Shown piece after piece: positions 1-10,419 of a stretch of 54,226 bases of DNA. Origin of the DNA: an uncultured Solibacteraceae bacterium. GTDB lineage: Bacteria > Acidobacteriota > Terriglobia > Bryobacterales > Bryobacteraceae. The stretch is taken from the NCBI GenBank assembly GCA_964627455.1, contig CAZVKC010000003.1, positions 97,819 to 152,044 of the forward strand, written 5' to 3'. Position 1 is the stretch's first letter. The number at the start of each line of letters is the position of its first letter. Below the pieces are notes generated by a model. The model saw only the letters and a list, made by a program, of their open reading frames with translations, was not told the origin of the DNA and did no database searches. Both the position numbers and the translations under genes were made by a program.

Positions 1-2094
1 TTCAGTGGGCCGATCACGCTGCCTGAGGCGTATACGTTCAACAATGAGCGCACGCTGAAGACCGCGCAACTGGTGGAGAACTTCTCGTGGCTGAAAGGCG
101 CGCATGCATTCAAAGCAGGAGCCAACTTCCGCTATCAGCAGCACCTCGATACGCGCGGATCGGTGGGAGGGGTGAACGTCGGCCAGATCGTGGACTTCTC
201 GCGCACGATCAACGTCGTGGATCCGACCGCCTATGGCGTTCCCGCCGACATCAACCAGACCGTGGATCGCGGCAATCTCGAGAACAACATCAATTTCCTG
301 CTGGGACGCGTGGGCAGCATCACGCGCGCTTTTGTGGCAGATACCGCGAAGGACTCGTATGTGGCGGATACGTTCAAGTTCGATGCGCGATTCCCCGAGT
401 ACGACTTCTATGTGCAGGACACCTGGAAGGTCCGCCGCAACCTGACGATCGACGCGGGCCTGCGCTGGGAGATCAAGGGCATTCCGTCGAATCCCCAGAA
501 CAAGATCTTCGTTCCGAATCAGTCGATCACTGCGGGATCCGCGCCATCGACGACGCTGCGCTGGGCGCCGGGCAATCTGTACAGCAATCAATGGAAGAAC
601 TTTGGACCTTCGCTTGGCTTTGCGTGGGATCCGTTCGGAAACGGCAAGACCTCCATCCGCGCGAACTACAGGCTGGCATTCGACCGCATCACCACGTTCC
701 TGCTGAGTTCGTTCGTGTTCCCCAATACGCCCGGCACGAGCATCGGCGTGGTGGATCGCACGTTCGGCCAGGGCGGCGGACGCCTGCAGGATATGCGCGA
801 CATCGCGATTCCCGCGCAGAAGCCGAGTGTCCTCGCGCAGCCGACGCCGTACTCGGATGCGTCGGTTACGGCTGTGGATCCCGGGCTGCAGACGCCCAAG
901 ACCAACATGTGGTCATTCAGCCTGCAGCGTGAAGTGGCGCGCCGCACTGTGGTCGAAGCCAGCTACATCGGCCGCCGCGCGTACAACCTGATGGGCGCGT
1001 ACAACGTGAATCAGGCTGAGATCTTCCGCAACGGATTCCTGGATGCTTTCAACACGGTCAAGGCCGGCGGCGAGAGCGCGCTCATGAATAACCTGCTTCG
1101 CGCGGATACCCGACTGCGAGCCGGCGAGACTGGATCGCAGTTCATCCGGCGCCAGTATGGACCCTCGGTGAACAACAATTCCGTGGCGTTCATCGCGAAT
1201 CAGTTGAGCCGGTTCCTCGTTAGCGGCCAGAATCTTCCCGCGGCGAGCACCGGCAATCCATACTTCTTCAATCCCTATCCGCAGTTCGGCGGCGGACTCA
1301 CGATCGTGGATTCCAACGATTGGTCGACGTATCACGCGCTGCAGTTGAGCGTGAACCGGCAATTCACTTCTGGCGCGAGCATCAATGCGGTGTACACGCT
1401 GTCGAAGTCGCTCGACACACGCAGCTTCGACCCGACGTTCACCGCAGCCGCAAGCGGCGCAGGACAGAGCGCTTCGAGTTCGCCGTTCGACATCTTCAAT
1501 CGCAAGCTGAACTACGCGATCTCGGACTTCGACCGCACGCACGTACTGCAGTCGACCTTCGTGTACGACCTGCCGTTCGGCCGCGGCCAGAAGCTGGCCG
1601 GAAATGCAGGGCCCTGGCTGAACCGGCTGATCGGAGGCTGGCAGTTGCGCGGTCTCTTCCGCGCGACGAGCGGACGCCCGTTCAGCGTGTACAGCGGCGA
1701 GAACAGCTTTTCGAGTTTTGTCGGCGCGTTCGCGGATTGCAGTGGATGCACGCGGCAGGATGGCGACGTGTTCGTCGAGAACGGCTTCAAGTGGTATTTT
1801 AATGCGGACCAGCGTAAGAAGTTCAGCCTGCCCGCGGCGGGTACCCTCGGCAACACGGGACGCAATTACTTCCGCGGCGACAAGTGGGTGAACCTCGATA
1901 TGAGCTTCGCCAAGACGACGCGCATCACCGAGAGGATCGGACTCGAGTTGCGCGCCGACATGACGAACTTCACCAACACGCCTTCGTTCGGGGCGCCGAC
2001 GACGACCGTCACCTCGACTCTCTTCGGGCGTATTGGCGGCAGCGTGAACTCAACGGCACGCCAGACCATGCTCGGCGCCAAGCTAACGTTCTAA
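1..2094 (+). CDS. TonB-dependent outer-membrane receptor, C-terminal part; the 5' end lies upstream of the window
   Basis: Frame 1 is open from nt 1 (FSGPITLPEAYTFNNERTLK...), so the M at 73 is internal. The sequence is Gly/Asn/Tyr/Phe-rich with the alternating pattern of barrel strands and ends ...GAKLTF with the C-terminal Phe typical of OM beta-barrels. It resembles the full-length paralog at 7321-10419. Confidence 0.7.
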   Translation, partial: FSGPITLPEAYTFNNERTLKTAQLVENFSWLKGAHAFKAGANFRYQQHLDTRGSVGGVNVGQIVDFSRTINVVDPTAYGVPADINQTVDRGNLENNINFLLGRVGSITRAFVADTAKDSYVADTFKFDARFPEYDFYVQDTWKVRRNLTIDAGLRWEIKGIPSNPQNKIFVPNQSITAGSAPSTTLRWAPGNLYSNQWKNFGPSLGFAWDPFGNGKTSIRANYRLAFDRITTFLLSSFVFPNTPGTSIGVVDRTFGQGGGRLQDMRDIAIPAQKPSVLAQPTPYSDASVTAVDPGLQTPKTNMWSFSLQREVARRTVVEASYIGRRAYNLMGAYNVNQAEIFRNGFLDAFNTVKAGGESALMNNLLRADTRLRAGETGSQFIRRQYGPSVNNNSVAFIANQLSRFLVSGQNLPAASTGNPYFFNPYPQFGGGLTIVDSNDWSTYHALQLSVNRQFTSGASINAVYTLSKSLDTRSFDPTFTAAASGAGQSASSSPFDIFNRKLNYAISDFDRTHVLQSTFVYDLPFGRGQKLAGNAGPWLNRLIGGWQLRGLFRATSGRPFSVYSGENSFSSFVGAFADCSGCTRQDGDVFVENGFKWYFNADQRKKFSLPAAGTLGNTGRNYFRGDKWVNLDMSFAKTTRITERIGLELRADMTNFTNTPSFGAPTTTVTSTLFGRIGGSVNSTARQTMLGAKLTF

Positions 2095-2116
2095 GCTTGT
2101 GTGGAGGACAACCCGA

Positions 2117-3643
2117 ATGCGAACCATCCGTTTCTGTGGAATCGTCGTGACGGCCGCCATGATTGCGGCGGCCGCTGATTGCGAGTCGCTGAAGTCCAGC
2201 CTGAAATTGCCGGATACGACAATCCAGGAGGCGGTGAGTGTTCCCGCGGGCGATTACAAGGGCTTCAAGTCGATGCCTGCGTTTTGCCGCGTGGCGGGCG
2301 TGATCGCTCCGACTTCGGATTCCGATATCAAGTTCGAAGTCTGGCTGCCGCTGGCCGCGAATTGGAACCGCAAGTTTCTCGGCGTGGGCAATGGCGGGTT
2401 CGCCGGGTCGATCAGCTTTGGCGGCCTCGCGGAGGCGGTTCGCAACGGGTATGCCTCGGCGTCAACAGACACGGGGCACAGCGGCGGAGGCACCGACGCA
2501 AGCTGGGCGCTGCACCATCCGGAGAAGGCCATCGACTTCGGATACCGGGCGATTCACGTTACGACAGTGCAGGGCAAGGCGATCACGAAGGAGTTCTATG
2601 GGGCGTCGCCAACGCGGTCGTACTTCTCTTCGTGCTCAAACGGTGGACGGCAGGCGCTGATGGAAGCGCAGCGGTACCCCGAAGACTACGACGGAATCAT
2701 CGCGGGTGCTCCCGCCAACAACTGGACACTTCTCATGACGAACGCCGCCAAGAATTCGCAGGCGGCGATGAAGGAGCCCGGATCGTATTTTCCCGCCGCA
2801 AAATTGCAGGCGATCCAGAACGCGGCTCTCGCGGCTTGCGACAAGAATGACGGCGTTGCCGACGGCGTGGTGGAAAACCCGTCGAAGTGCAATTTCGATC
2901 CGACGGCGCTCTTGTGCAAGGGCGCGGAACACAATTCCTGCCTCACGAAGCCGCAGCTTACTGCCCTGAAGGAGTTGTACGCCGGACTGCACGACCCGAA
3001 GGGCAAACAGATCTTCCCGGGCTATTCGACATCTGGCGAAGCGGATCCTGCGGGTTGGGGTCCCTGGATTACGGGTCCCGCGCCCGAACGCAGCGCGATG
3101 CATCTGTTCAGCACCAACTTCTTTCGCTTCATCGTGCACAGCGACCCGGCATGGGATTACAAGAAGTTTGACCTGAAGACGGAACTGGCCGCGGCCGCGA
3201 AGACTGCGCCGGTGTTCAATTCCACGGATCCGAACCTGAAGGCGTTTCGCGCGCGCGGCGGGAAGCTGATTCTGTATCACGGCTGGTGCGACGCGGCGAT
3301 TCCTGCGCAGGCTGTGATCGATTACTATCGGGCCGTCCAGAAGAAGATGGGCGCGAAGAACGCAGCTTCATTCGTGCGACTGTTTCTCGCTCCGGGCGTG
3401 CAGCACTGCGGCGGTGGCGCGGGTCCCAATGATTTCGGACAAGGCGGCGCGCCGAAGGGAGATCCTGGCGCGAATATCGCGGCCGCGCTCGAGACGTGGG
3501 TGGAGAAGGGTGTTGCGCCGGAGCGCATCGTCGCGAAACGTCAGAACCGCACGCGTCCTCTATGCGCGTATCCTAAAGTGGCTCGTTACAAGGGGTCCGG
3601 CTCCACTGATGACGATGCAAACTTCGACTGCGTCGCGCAGTAG
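2117..3643 (+). CDS. tannase/feruloyl-esterase family alpha/beta hydrolase, secreted
   Basis: GCSNGGRQALMEAQRYPEDYDGIIAGAPANNW matches the tannase/feruloyl esterase GCSTGGR motif with the Ser nucleophile. The N-terminus is signal-peptide-like (MRTIRFCGIVVTAAMIAAAADC). GGAGG sits 10 nt upstream of the ATG at 2117, so that start is preferred over the track's 2099. Confidence 0.8.
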   Translation: MRTIRFCGIVVTAAMIAAAADCESLKSSLKLPDTTIQEAVSVPAGDYKGFKSMPAFCRVAGVIAPTSDSDIKFEVWLPLAANWNRKFLGVGNGGFAGSISFGGLAEAVRNGYASASTDTGHSGGGTDASWALHHPEKAIDFGYRAIHVTTVQGKAITKEFYGASPTRSYFSSCSNGGRQALMEAQRYPEDYDGIIAGAPANNWTLLMTNAAKNSQAAMKEPGSYFPAAKLQAIQNAALAACDKNDGVADGVVENPSKCNFDPTALLCKGAEHNSCLTKPQLTALKELYAGLHDPKGKQIFPGYSTSGEADPAGWGPWITGPAPERSAMHLFSTNFFRFIVHSDPAWDYKKFDLKTELAAAAKTAPVFNSTDPNLKAFRARGGKLILYHGWCDAAIPAQAVIDYYRAVQKKMGAKNAASFVRLFLAPGVQHCGGGAGPNDFGQGGAPKGDPGANIAAALETWVEKGVAPERIVAKRQNRTRPLCAYPKVARYKGSGSTDDDANFDCVAQ

Positions 3644-3655
3644 CCTCAGGATGTG

Positions 3656-3904
3656 TCAGCAGAGGATCGGGTTCCGGCCCTCTTCGATCGCGCGAAGGAA
3701 ACGGGCGTTGCCTTTGGTCCACTCGCCGTAGGCCTGCGGCTGCGAACTCTGTATCGCGCGCGAGCGGACACGAAAGCGCTGGATCGCCATGTTCATTCGG
3801 CGTGTGTCGCCTGTTTCCTGTGATTCCCGATAGCTGTCTTCGATCGTTCGCCTAAGACCGTCCAACGTTCGGATTGCCTGTTCCTGTTCCTGTTCTTCGT
3901 CCAT
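3656..3904 (-). CDS. small hypothetical acidic protein (82 aa)
   Basis: Isolated ORF in the 350-nt gap between the tannase and the aminopeptidase, beginning MDEEQEQEQAIRTLDGLRRTIEDSY. It has no recognisable family and a weak GAGGCAGG upstream. Confidence 0.3.
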   Translation of the reverse strand: MDEEQEQEQAIRTLDGLRRTIEDSYRESQETGDTRRMNMAIQRFRVRSRAIQSSQPQAYGEWTKGNARFLRAIEEGRNPILC

Positions 3905-3989
3905 GATCCTGCCTGCCTCTACTTGTTGTTAGCGGGAAATTCGAGTCTCACGGCTCAGTACTGGTGGCATTTTATAATGTGGCGTACCT

Positions 3990-5222
3990 ATGCGATCCTC
4001 TACTGGACTCCTCTTTGTCTGCTTTGTCGCAGCCTTCGGGCAACAGCAGAATCCGCGCGGACGAGCGCTCGGCATCCCGTTTCCGGGGACGCCCGGAGCG
4101 TTTAACGCCATCACGGATGTTCCCGGGGTTGCGGTCGGGCACACGACTCTCATCAAAGGTGAGGGCAAACTTGTCCCGGGTGAAGGACCGGTTCGTACGG
4201 GCGTCACCGCGATTCTGCCGCGAACGCGCGGCAACTGGGATTTCGTGATGGCCGCCACCTTCAATCAAAACGGCAACGGCGATATGACGGGCGTGAACTG
4301 GATTGAAGAGTCCGGATTCATGGAGGGCCCGATTTTATTGACCGGAACGCACAGCGTCGGAGTGACCCGCGACGCGGCGATTCAGTGGCAGATCGCGAAC
4401 GGGCGCCAGTTCGTCTTCACTTATCCGATCGTTGCGGAGACTTTCGACGCGCTCAACGATTCGAACGGCCAGCACGTGAAGCCGCAGCATGCCTGGCAGG
4501 CGCTCGATGCCGCGAAGCCGGGTCCTGTAGCGGAAGGCCCCGTGGGCGGCGGCACGGGAATGAACTGCAACGGCTTCAAGGGCGGTATCGGCACTTCGTC
4601 GCGTATCGTCACCGCGGGCGGCAAACAGTACACGCTTGGTGTGCTCGTGCAGTGCAATTACGGCGGGGACCTGCAGATTCTCGGGGTTCCGGTGGGACGT
4701 GAGATTCAGGATCTGCGGCCCTGCGTGGAAATGGCGCAATCGCGGTTCTGGGCAGCCGGGTATCGCCCATGCGCTCCGGGGACAGCGTCGTTACGTGAGG
4801 ATCATGCAGAGGTGGCGGAGCAGTTCGGCCGTGGATCCATCGTCATCATCATTGCGACGGACGCGCCGTTCCTGCCGCATCAACTCAAACGCATCGCGCG
4901 GCGCGCGGGCATGGGACTCGGCAAGCTCGGCAGTTGGGCCGGGAATAGTTCCGGCGATCTGTTCCTTGCGTTTTCGACAGCGAATGCAGGAGTGGCCGGA
5001 GACGACCCGGGGACGACGCCGAATCCGGCCAAGGTCGACATGGTGTCGAATAACACGATCGATCCATTCTTTCGCGCCACGATTGAAGCAACGGAAGAGG
5101 CGGTGGTGAACGCGATGCTCGCGGCGCCGGAGAGATTCACCGGCGCAGACGGACTGCGCATGTACGGATTACCAGGCAAGCGCGTCGTAGAGATCCTGCG
5201 CAAGTACGGCAGGATGCCGTAG
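3990..5222 (+). CDS. P1 (DmpA/S58) family peptidase, L-aminopeptidase/D-esterase-like, secreted
   Basis: GIPFPGTPGAFNAITDVPGVAVGHTTL and the following Gly-rich segments are characteristic of the DmpA/ArgJ-fold self-processing aminopeptidases. An N-terminal signal peptide is present (MRSSTGLLFVCFVAAFG). Confidence 0.75.
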   Translation: MRSSTGLLFVCFVAAFGQQQNPRGRALGIPFPGTPGAFNAITDVPGVAVGHTTLIKGEGKLVPGEGPVRTGVTAILPRTRGNWDFVMAATFNQNGNGDMTGVNWIEESGFMEGPILLTGTHSVGVTRDAAIQWQIANGRQFVFTYPIVAETFDALNDSNGQHVKPQHAWQALDAAKPGPVAEGPVGGGTGMNCNGFKGGIGTSSRIVTAGGKQYTLGVLVQCNYGGDLQILGVPVGREIQDLRPCVEMAQSRFWAAGYRPCAPGTASLREDHAEVAEQFGRGSIVIIIATDAPFLPHQLKRIARRAGMGLGKLGSWAGNSSGDLFLAFSTANAGVAGDDPGTTPNPAKVDMVSNNTIDPFFRATIEATEEAVVNAMLAAPERFTGADGLRMYGLPGKRVVEILRKYGRMP

Positions 5223-7322
5223 CTACTGATTGTGCCGGTCGAACCAGCCGATGATGTGCGCGATCTTCGACATGTGATGGCTCGGGCGGACCTGAATGCC
5301 GTGCGGTTCGCCGGGCACACGCACGAGCACGCTCTCGATGCCGAGTAGCTTCAACGCCTGATAATACTGCTCGGAATCAGACATTGGCGTGCGCCAGTCC
5401 TCTTCGCCTGTCAGGACCATCGTCGGCGTCTTGACGTTCTTCACCACCGAAAGCAGCGAGCGTTTTTCGTAATGATCGACGTGATCCCACGGCAGGCCTG
5501 GGAACCAGTATTTCGAGGTCCAATTGCCGATGTCGGAGGTGAGCACAAAGCTGTACCAGTTGATGACCGGGTACACAGTGACGGCCGCCCGAAAACGCGG
5601 ACTGCGTCCAATCATCCAGCAGGTGAGCACGCCACCGCCGGATCCGCCGGTAACGTATAACCGGCTGGTATCGATGTAGCCTTTCGCGATGACGGCGTCG
5701 ACTCCCGAGTTGAGGTCGTAGAAATCGTCGCCTGGATACGCGTGATGGATGAGGTTGCCGAACTCGCCGCCGTAGCTCGTGCTGCCGCGCGGATTCGTGT
5801 AGAGCACCACATAGTCCTTCGCGGCCATCAGCTGTTTTTCGATATCGAAGCGCGGGCCGTAATTGGCGAAGGGTCCACCGTGGATCTCGAGAACGAGCGG
5901 ATATTTCTTTGCGGGATCGAAACCCGGCGGCTTGAGGATCCAACCCTGGATCTTGCGGCCATCCTTTGACGAGTCGTACCAGATCTCTTCGACGGCGCCG
6001 AGTTGCCGGCCGCCGAAGAGGTCCTCGTTCACGGCGGTGAGCAGCCGCAGATTCGGCGACGCGAGTGTTCCCGCGGCGATATCGCCTGGAAGGTCCGGCC
6101 GCGCTTCTACGGTTGCGAAATTGCCGTTTTTCGCAATGGTCATGGATCCGCCGCCGGCATAGGCACTGGTCGATGCGCCGATGCTTGACGCGAGTTTTCG
6201 CACGCTGCCATCCAAAGTCGAGTAGTAAAGGCCAGTGGTCCCCTGGTCGTCGGAAAGGAAGTACACGCCCTTGCCGTCCGGAGCCCATTGCGGCTGCTGC
6301 ACGTCGCGATCCCACGTGACGGTCACTTGCCGCGCGCTGCTGCCATCCCGGTTCATCACATACAGCTTCGAGACCTGATAGCCCTGCCGTTTGTCGTCGA
6401 ATCCGGCGTAGGCGATCAGCTTGCCATCCGGCGAGATCGCTGGTGCGTTGTCGGGTCCCTTGCGAGAGGTGAGCGCATTCACGGCGCCATCCGCGACATT
6501 GAATTCGTACACTTCGGTGTCGAGCGGTTCGAGTTCCCAGTCGTCATGGCGGTTCGCCGACATGAGGAGCGACTTACCATCCGGAGTCCAGACCGCTTCG
6601 CTGGCTCGATAGGCGAGGCCGCCGTGTTGATACTTGCCCGAGGAGATTTGGCGCGGCGTGCCGCCTTCCGACGGAACCACAAACAAATGCGTGTACCCGG
6701 GCTTCAGGTATCCGGCGCCGTTGAAGCGATAGACGAGGCGATCGATGACTTTGGCTGGTTCTGCCCACTTGGCGCCTTCAGGCGGCGCTGGCATCGAGGC
6801 CGCGATCTTCGGCGACGGCGGCGAATCGGGGACCAGCATGGTGAAGGAGACCCACTTGCCGTCGGGCGACCAGTTCACTCCTCCCGGCGACTCCTGCACG
6901 TTGGTGAGCTTAGCCAATTGGCCGGACTCGACAAACATGCGCCAGATCTGCGCGCCGCCTTCGCGATTCGAGGTGAAGACGAGTTGCGATCCGTCGGGGG
7001 ACCAGCGCGGGTTTGCATCCGTGAACTTGCCCGTGGTGAGCGGACGGTGCCCCGTGCCGTCGAAGTTCACGATCCAGAGGTTCGAGTGGCGCTGATCGCC
7101 CATGACGTCGGCGAAGGCCCGCACGTAGACGATGCGCTTGCCATCCGGCGAAATCTGGGGATCCCGCGCGAGTTCGAGTTGGAAGACATCGTTGAGCGTC
7201 AGGCGGGATTTGGTCGCGGCATCTGAGGCCATCGCAGCCAGGGCGAGCAGGATCACGGATCGCAGCATAAGAGGCAGTTTGTCAGTCCCCGCCATCGGAT
7301 GCAAGCCATAATGAAAGGACAT
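5223..7322 (-). CDS. S9 prolyl-oligopeptidase family serine peptidase with an N-terminal TolB-like beta-propeller
   Basis: Repeated SPDG beta-propeller blades (WSPDGSQLVF, WSPDGKWVSF, ISPDGKLIAY, WAPDGKGVYF). The C-terminal alpha/beta hydrolase carries the GGSGGG nucleophile elbow. The signal peptide MLRSVILLALAAMASDA begins at the M encoded at 7266-7268, so the true start is probably 7268 rather than 7322. Confidence 0.8.
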   Translation of the reverse strand: MSFHYGLHPMAGTDKLPLMLRSVILLALAAMASDAATKSRLTLNDVFQLELARDPQISPDGKRIVYVRAFADVMGDQRHSNLWIVNFDGTGHRPLTTGKFTDANPRWSPDGSQLVFTSNREGGAQIWRMFVESGQLAKLTNVQESPGGVNWSPDGKWVSFTMLVPDSPPSPKIAASMPAPPEGAKWAEPAKVIDRLVYRFNGAGYLKPGYTHLFVVPSEGGTPRQISSGKYQHGGLAYRASEAVWTPDGKSLLMSANRHDDWELEPLDTEVYEFNVADGAVNALTSRKGPDNAPAISPDGKLIAYAGFDDKRQGYQVSKLYVMNRDGSSARQVTVTWDRDVQQPQWAPDGKGVYFLSDDQGTTGLYYSTLDGSVRKLASSIGASTSAYAGGGSMTIAKNGNFATVEARPDLPGDIAAGTLASPNLRLLTAVNEDLFGGRQLGAVEEIWYDSSKDGRKIQGWILKPPGFDPAKKYPLVLEIHGGPFANYGPRFDIEKQLMAAKDYVVLYTNPRGSTSYGGEFGNLIHHAYPGDDFYDLNSGVDAVIAKGYIDTSRLYVTGGSGGGVLTCWMIGRSPRFRAAVTVYPVINWYSFVLTSDIGNWTSKYWFPGLPWDHVDHYEKRSLLSVVKNVKTPTMVLTGEEDWRTPMSDSEQYYQALKLLGIESVLVRVPGEPHGIQVRPSHHMSKIAHIIGWFDRHNQ

Positions 7323-10300
7323 GAGTCGTTTCGGCAGGATGCTGTGCTGCGCCGTCTGGATGAGCGTTGCAGCATTGGCGCAGGTAACGTCCGGTTCGGT
7401 TTCCGGCTACATTCTCGATCCCTCCAGCAAAAATATTCCGGGCGCGACGGTGACCATTCGCGATGCCGCGCATTCGATGGAACGCAAGACAGAGGCCGAC
7501 GCGAGCGGGTACTTCCAGTTCGAGCGTCTCGCGCCCGGGCAATACACCATTACGGCTTCGGCGGATCGTTTTGCGGCGCGCACGCTGGAAGGCGTCGCAG
7601 TAACCGTCGCGACGCATCTGCGGGTGGAACTCACGCTGGCGCTCGCAGGCATGGAACAATCGATTGCCGTTGGCGCGCGGTTGCCTCGCGTGCCGGTCGA
7701 CACCTCGGATCTCGGAACGGTAGTCGACCGCAGCCGCATCGACGCGCTGCCGCTGAATCGCCGCGACTTTCTGCAGCTTGCTTTGCTGACGCCGGGCGTG
7801 TTGACGCCGGTCGAAGATTCGGAACTGTCGTCGCGAGGATCCGTCGCGATGCACGCCAATGGCGGCCGCGAGGAGTTCAACAACTTCCTTCTCGATGGCG
7901 TGGACAACAACGATCCGAACATCAATAAGTACAACCTGCAACCGCCGGTCGATGCGATTCAGGAGTTCAAGCTGTCGACAAATTCATACAGCGCCGAATA
8001 CGGCCGCAGCGCGGCAGGTCAGGTGAATGTCGTGACACGCAGCGGATCGAACGCGCTGCACGGGTTCGCGTATGAGTACCTGCGCAACCGCGCACTCGAT
8101 TCCGCGAACTACTTCGCGACCGGGACGGAAAAGAACAAGTACATCCGCAATCAGTTCGGCGGCGGCGCGGGCGGCGCGATCGTGCGGGATCGCACGTTCT
8201 TCTTTGCCAATGCAGACGGGCTTCGCGAGCGGTTGGGAGTGACGCGCATCAGCAGCGTTCCGATCGAGGCGATCCGCCAGGGCGATCTGTCTTCGCTGAG
8301 CACGACGATCGTGGATCCGTTCACGCGGCAGCCGTTTGCCGGTAACCGGATTCCGGCGAGCCGTATTCATCCGCTGTCGGCCAAGGTATTCGAGATGTTT
8401 CCCAGGGCGAACCTCGCCGGCGCCACAGCGAACCTCTTCTCGCAGCCCGTGGGGCAAGACGAACAGAACCAGTTCAACGCGCGCGTGGATCATTATGCGA
8501 GTGCGAAGGACATTCTGACGTTCCGTTACAGCTTCGGCCGCAAGACGATCTTTGAACCGTTCGTGAAAGAGAGCGCGGAGGTCCCGGGATACGGCAACGA
8601 CGTGCGGGACATCGGCCACAACGCGATGGCGCAGTATCAGCGCGTGTTCAGCGCCCGCGCGATCAACACGCTGCTGCTGGGGTTCAACCGCCTCGAACGT
8701 TCGGTGCTACCCGAGAACGCCGACAGGAACGTCAATCAGCTTTGGGGTGTGAACTGGCTGCCGGGCAAGCCGCTCGACTTCGGTTTCCCATCCGTTACCG
8801 TGGCGGGATTCTCGAAGGCCGGAGATCCGACGCAACTGCCGCTGGACCGTGCGGCCAATACCTATCAGTTGAACGACAACTTCTCGCTACTGCGCGGCGC
8901 GCATTCGATCAAGATGGGCTTTGAGATGCGGCGGCAACAGCACAACGGCATTCAGGACCTGCTGGCGCGTGGCTCAATGACGTTCTCCGGCGCATTGTCA
9001 GGCGCGGGCGCGAGCGACCTGCTGCTGGGCTTGCTGTCCTTCGGCATTCAGTCGCAAGCTGACGCGGTGCAGACGCTACGCACAACGGCCACGAACTACT
9101 ATGTTCAGGACGATTGGAAGGTCGCGCCGTCACTGACGCTGAACCTCGGCGTGCGCTACGAGTACAACACGCCGCCCACGGATCCGACGAATCGCATGAC
9201 GGTATTGAATCTGGCGACGGGTACTCTCGCCGGAGTCGGAACGAATGGACTATCGCGTTCCGGTACGCGTCCGGATCGCAACAACGTCGCGCCTCGAGTT
9301 GGCTTCGCCTGGTCGCCACAGAGCAACACAGTGATCCGCGGCGGATACGGACTCTTCTATGATTCGGGGATGATGGTGGCGAATACGTCGCTGTACTTCA
9401 ACCCGCCGCAATTCACGATCCGTGCGTTCTTTCCGACGGCGACTTCATTGATCACGTTGAGCAATCCGTTCCCGACCAACGGCGGCATCACTCCCGCGGC
9501 TTCGCTCAGCTCGCTGAGTCCGGATCTCGTGCAGGCGTATTTGCAGCATTGGAACTTCAACGTACAACGCGAGGTCCGCGGCGTGGGTGTGTTCAGCGTC
9601 GCTTACGCGGGCTCGAAAGGCACACACCTGATCCGGTCACGCGACATCAATCAGCCGCAACCAGGATCCGCTGCCGTGGCGCAGCGCCGTCCTCTGCCTG
9701 CCTACAGCAACATCTTTCTGATCGAGAGCGGCGGGAACTCGAACTACAACTCCCTGCAGGCTTCGTGGAATCGTGCATTGACGCGCGGCTTCTCGGCCCT
9801 CGCCACCTACACGTACGGCAAATCGATCGACGACACTTCGGCGTTTCTCGGCACGAAGGCGGACAAGAACTTTCCGCAGAACAGCCAGAACTACGCGGCC
9901 GAACGCGCGGTGTCGAGCTTCGACGTGCGCCACCGGATGAGCTTTGCAGGCGTTTGGAAACTTCCATTCGGCTTACAGTCGAGCGCGATCCTCAATGGAT
10001 ACACGGGCCAGCCGTTCACCCCGATTCTGCGCTTCGACAACAGCAACACAGGTAATACGGGCGGCACGTACGGCAACGACCGGCCGAACGTGGTCGGGGA
10101 TCCGAACGGCGGTCCGCGGACTCCGTCGCAGTGGTTCAACACGGCGGCGTTTGCGATCCCGGCGCGTTATACGTTCGGCAATGCCGGGCGCAACATCGTT
10201 CGCGGACCTGGCTTCTTTACGGCTGATGCTTCGTTGATGCGGAAGTTCCAGTTAACCGAGAAACTCGCGCTGCAGTTCGAAGGGCAGGCGTTCAATCTAT

Positions 10301-10419
10301 TCAACCGCACGAACTTCAACCTGCCGGAGCGTTACGTCGATGAACCGGCGACCTTCGGGCGAATCCTCTCAGCCAAAGCGCCGCGGCAGTTCCAGTTGAC
10401 GGGACGCTTTACTTTTTGA
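7321..10419 (+). CDS. TonB-dependent receptor with an N-terminal carboxypeptidase-regulatory-like domain
   Basis: Signal peptide, then GYILDPSSKNIPGATVTIRD...SGYFQFERLAPGQYTITAS (CarboxypepD_reg pattern), then a plug-like region (VDALPLNRRDF...) and a long Gly/Asn/Tyr-rich barrel ending LTGRFTF. AAGGA sits 5 nt upstream of the ATG. Confidence 0.85.
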   Translation: MSRFGRMLCCAVWMSVAALAQVTSGSVSGYILDPSSKNIPGATVTIRDAAHSMERKTEADASGYFQFERLAPGQYTITASADRFAARTLEGVAVTVATHLRVELTLALAGMEQSIAVGARLPRVPVDTSDLGTVVDRSRIDALPLNRRDFLQLALLTPGVLTPVEDSELSSRGSVAMHANGGREEFNNFLLDGVDNNDPNINKYNLQPPVDAIQEFKLSTNSYSAEYGRSAAGQVNVVTRSGSNALHGFAYEYLRNRALDSANYFATGTEKNKYIRNQFGGGAGGAIVRDRTFFFANADGLRERLGVTRISSVPIEAIRQGDLSSLSTTIVDPFTRQPFAGNRIPASRIHPLSAKVFEMFPRANLAGATANLFSQPVGQDEQNQFNARVDHYASAKDILTFRYSFGRKTIFEPFVKESAEVPGYGNDVRDIGHNAMAQYQRVFSARAINTLLLGFNRLERSVLPENADRNVNQLWGVNWLPGKPLDFGFPSVTVAGFSKAGDPTQLPLDRAANTYQLNDNFSLLRGAHSIKMGFEMRRQQHNGIQDLLARGSMTFSGALSGAGASDLLLGLLSFGIQSQADAVQTLRTTATNYYVQDDWKVAPSLTLNLGVRYEYNTPPTDPTNRMTVLNLATGTLAGVGTNGLSRSGTRPDRNNVAPRVGFAWSPQSNTVIRGGYGLFYDSGMMVANTSLYFNPPQFTIRAFFPTATSLITLSNPFPTNGGITPAASLSSLSPDLVQAYLQHWNFNVQREVRGVGVFSVAYAGSKGTHLIRSRDINQPQPGSAAVAQRRPLPAYSNIFLIESGGNSNYNSLQASWNRALTRGFSALATYTYGKSIDDTSAFLGTKADKNFPQNSQNYAAERAVSSFDVRHRMSFAGVWKLPFGLQSSAILNGYTGQPFTPILRFDNSNTGNTGGTYGNDRPNVVGDPNGGPRTPSQWFNTAAFAIPARYTFGNAGRNIVRGPGFFTADASLMRKFQLTEKLALQFEGQAFNLFNRTNFNLPERYVDEPATFGRILSAKAPRQFQLTGRFTF

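Noticed and set aside
2179-3280. Alternative-frame ORFs inside the tannase gene (2179-2850 +, 2636-3280 -).
   Set aside because: They overlap a gene with a strong family match; composition is Arg/Gly-rich; no independent support.
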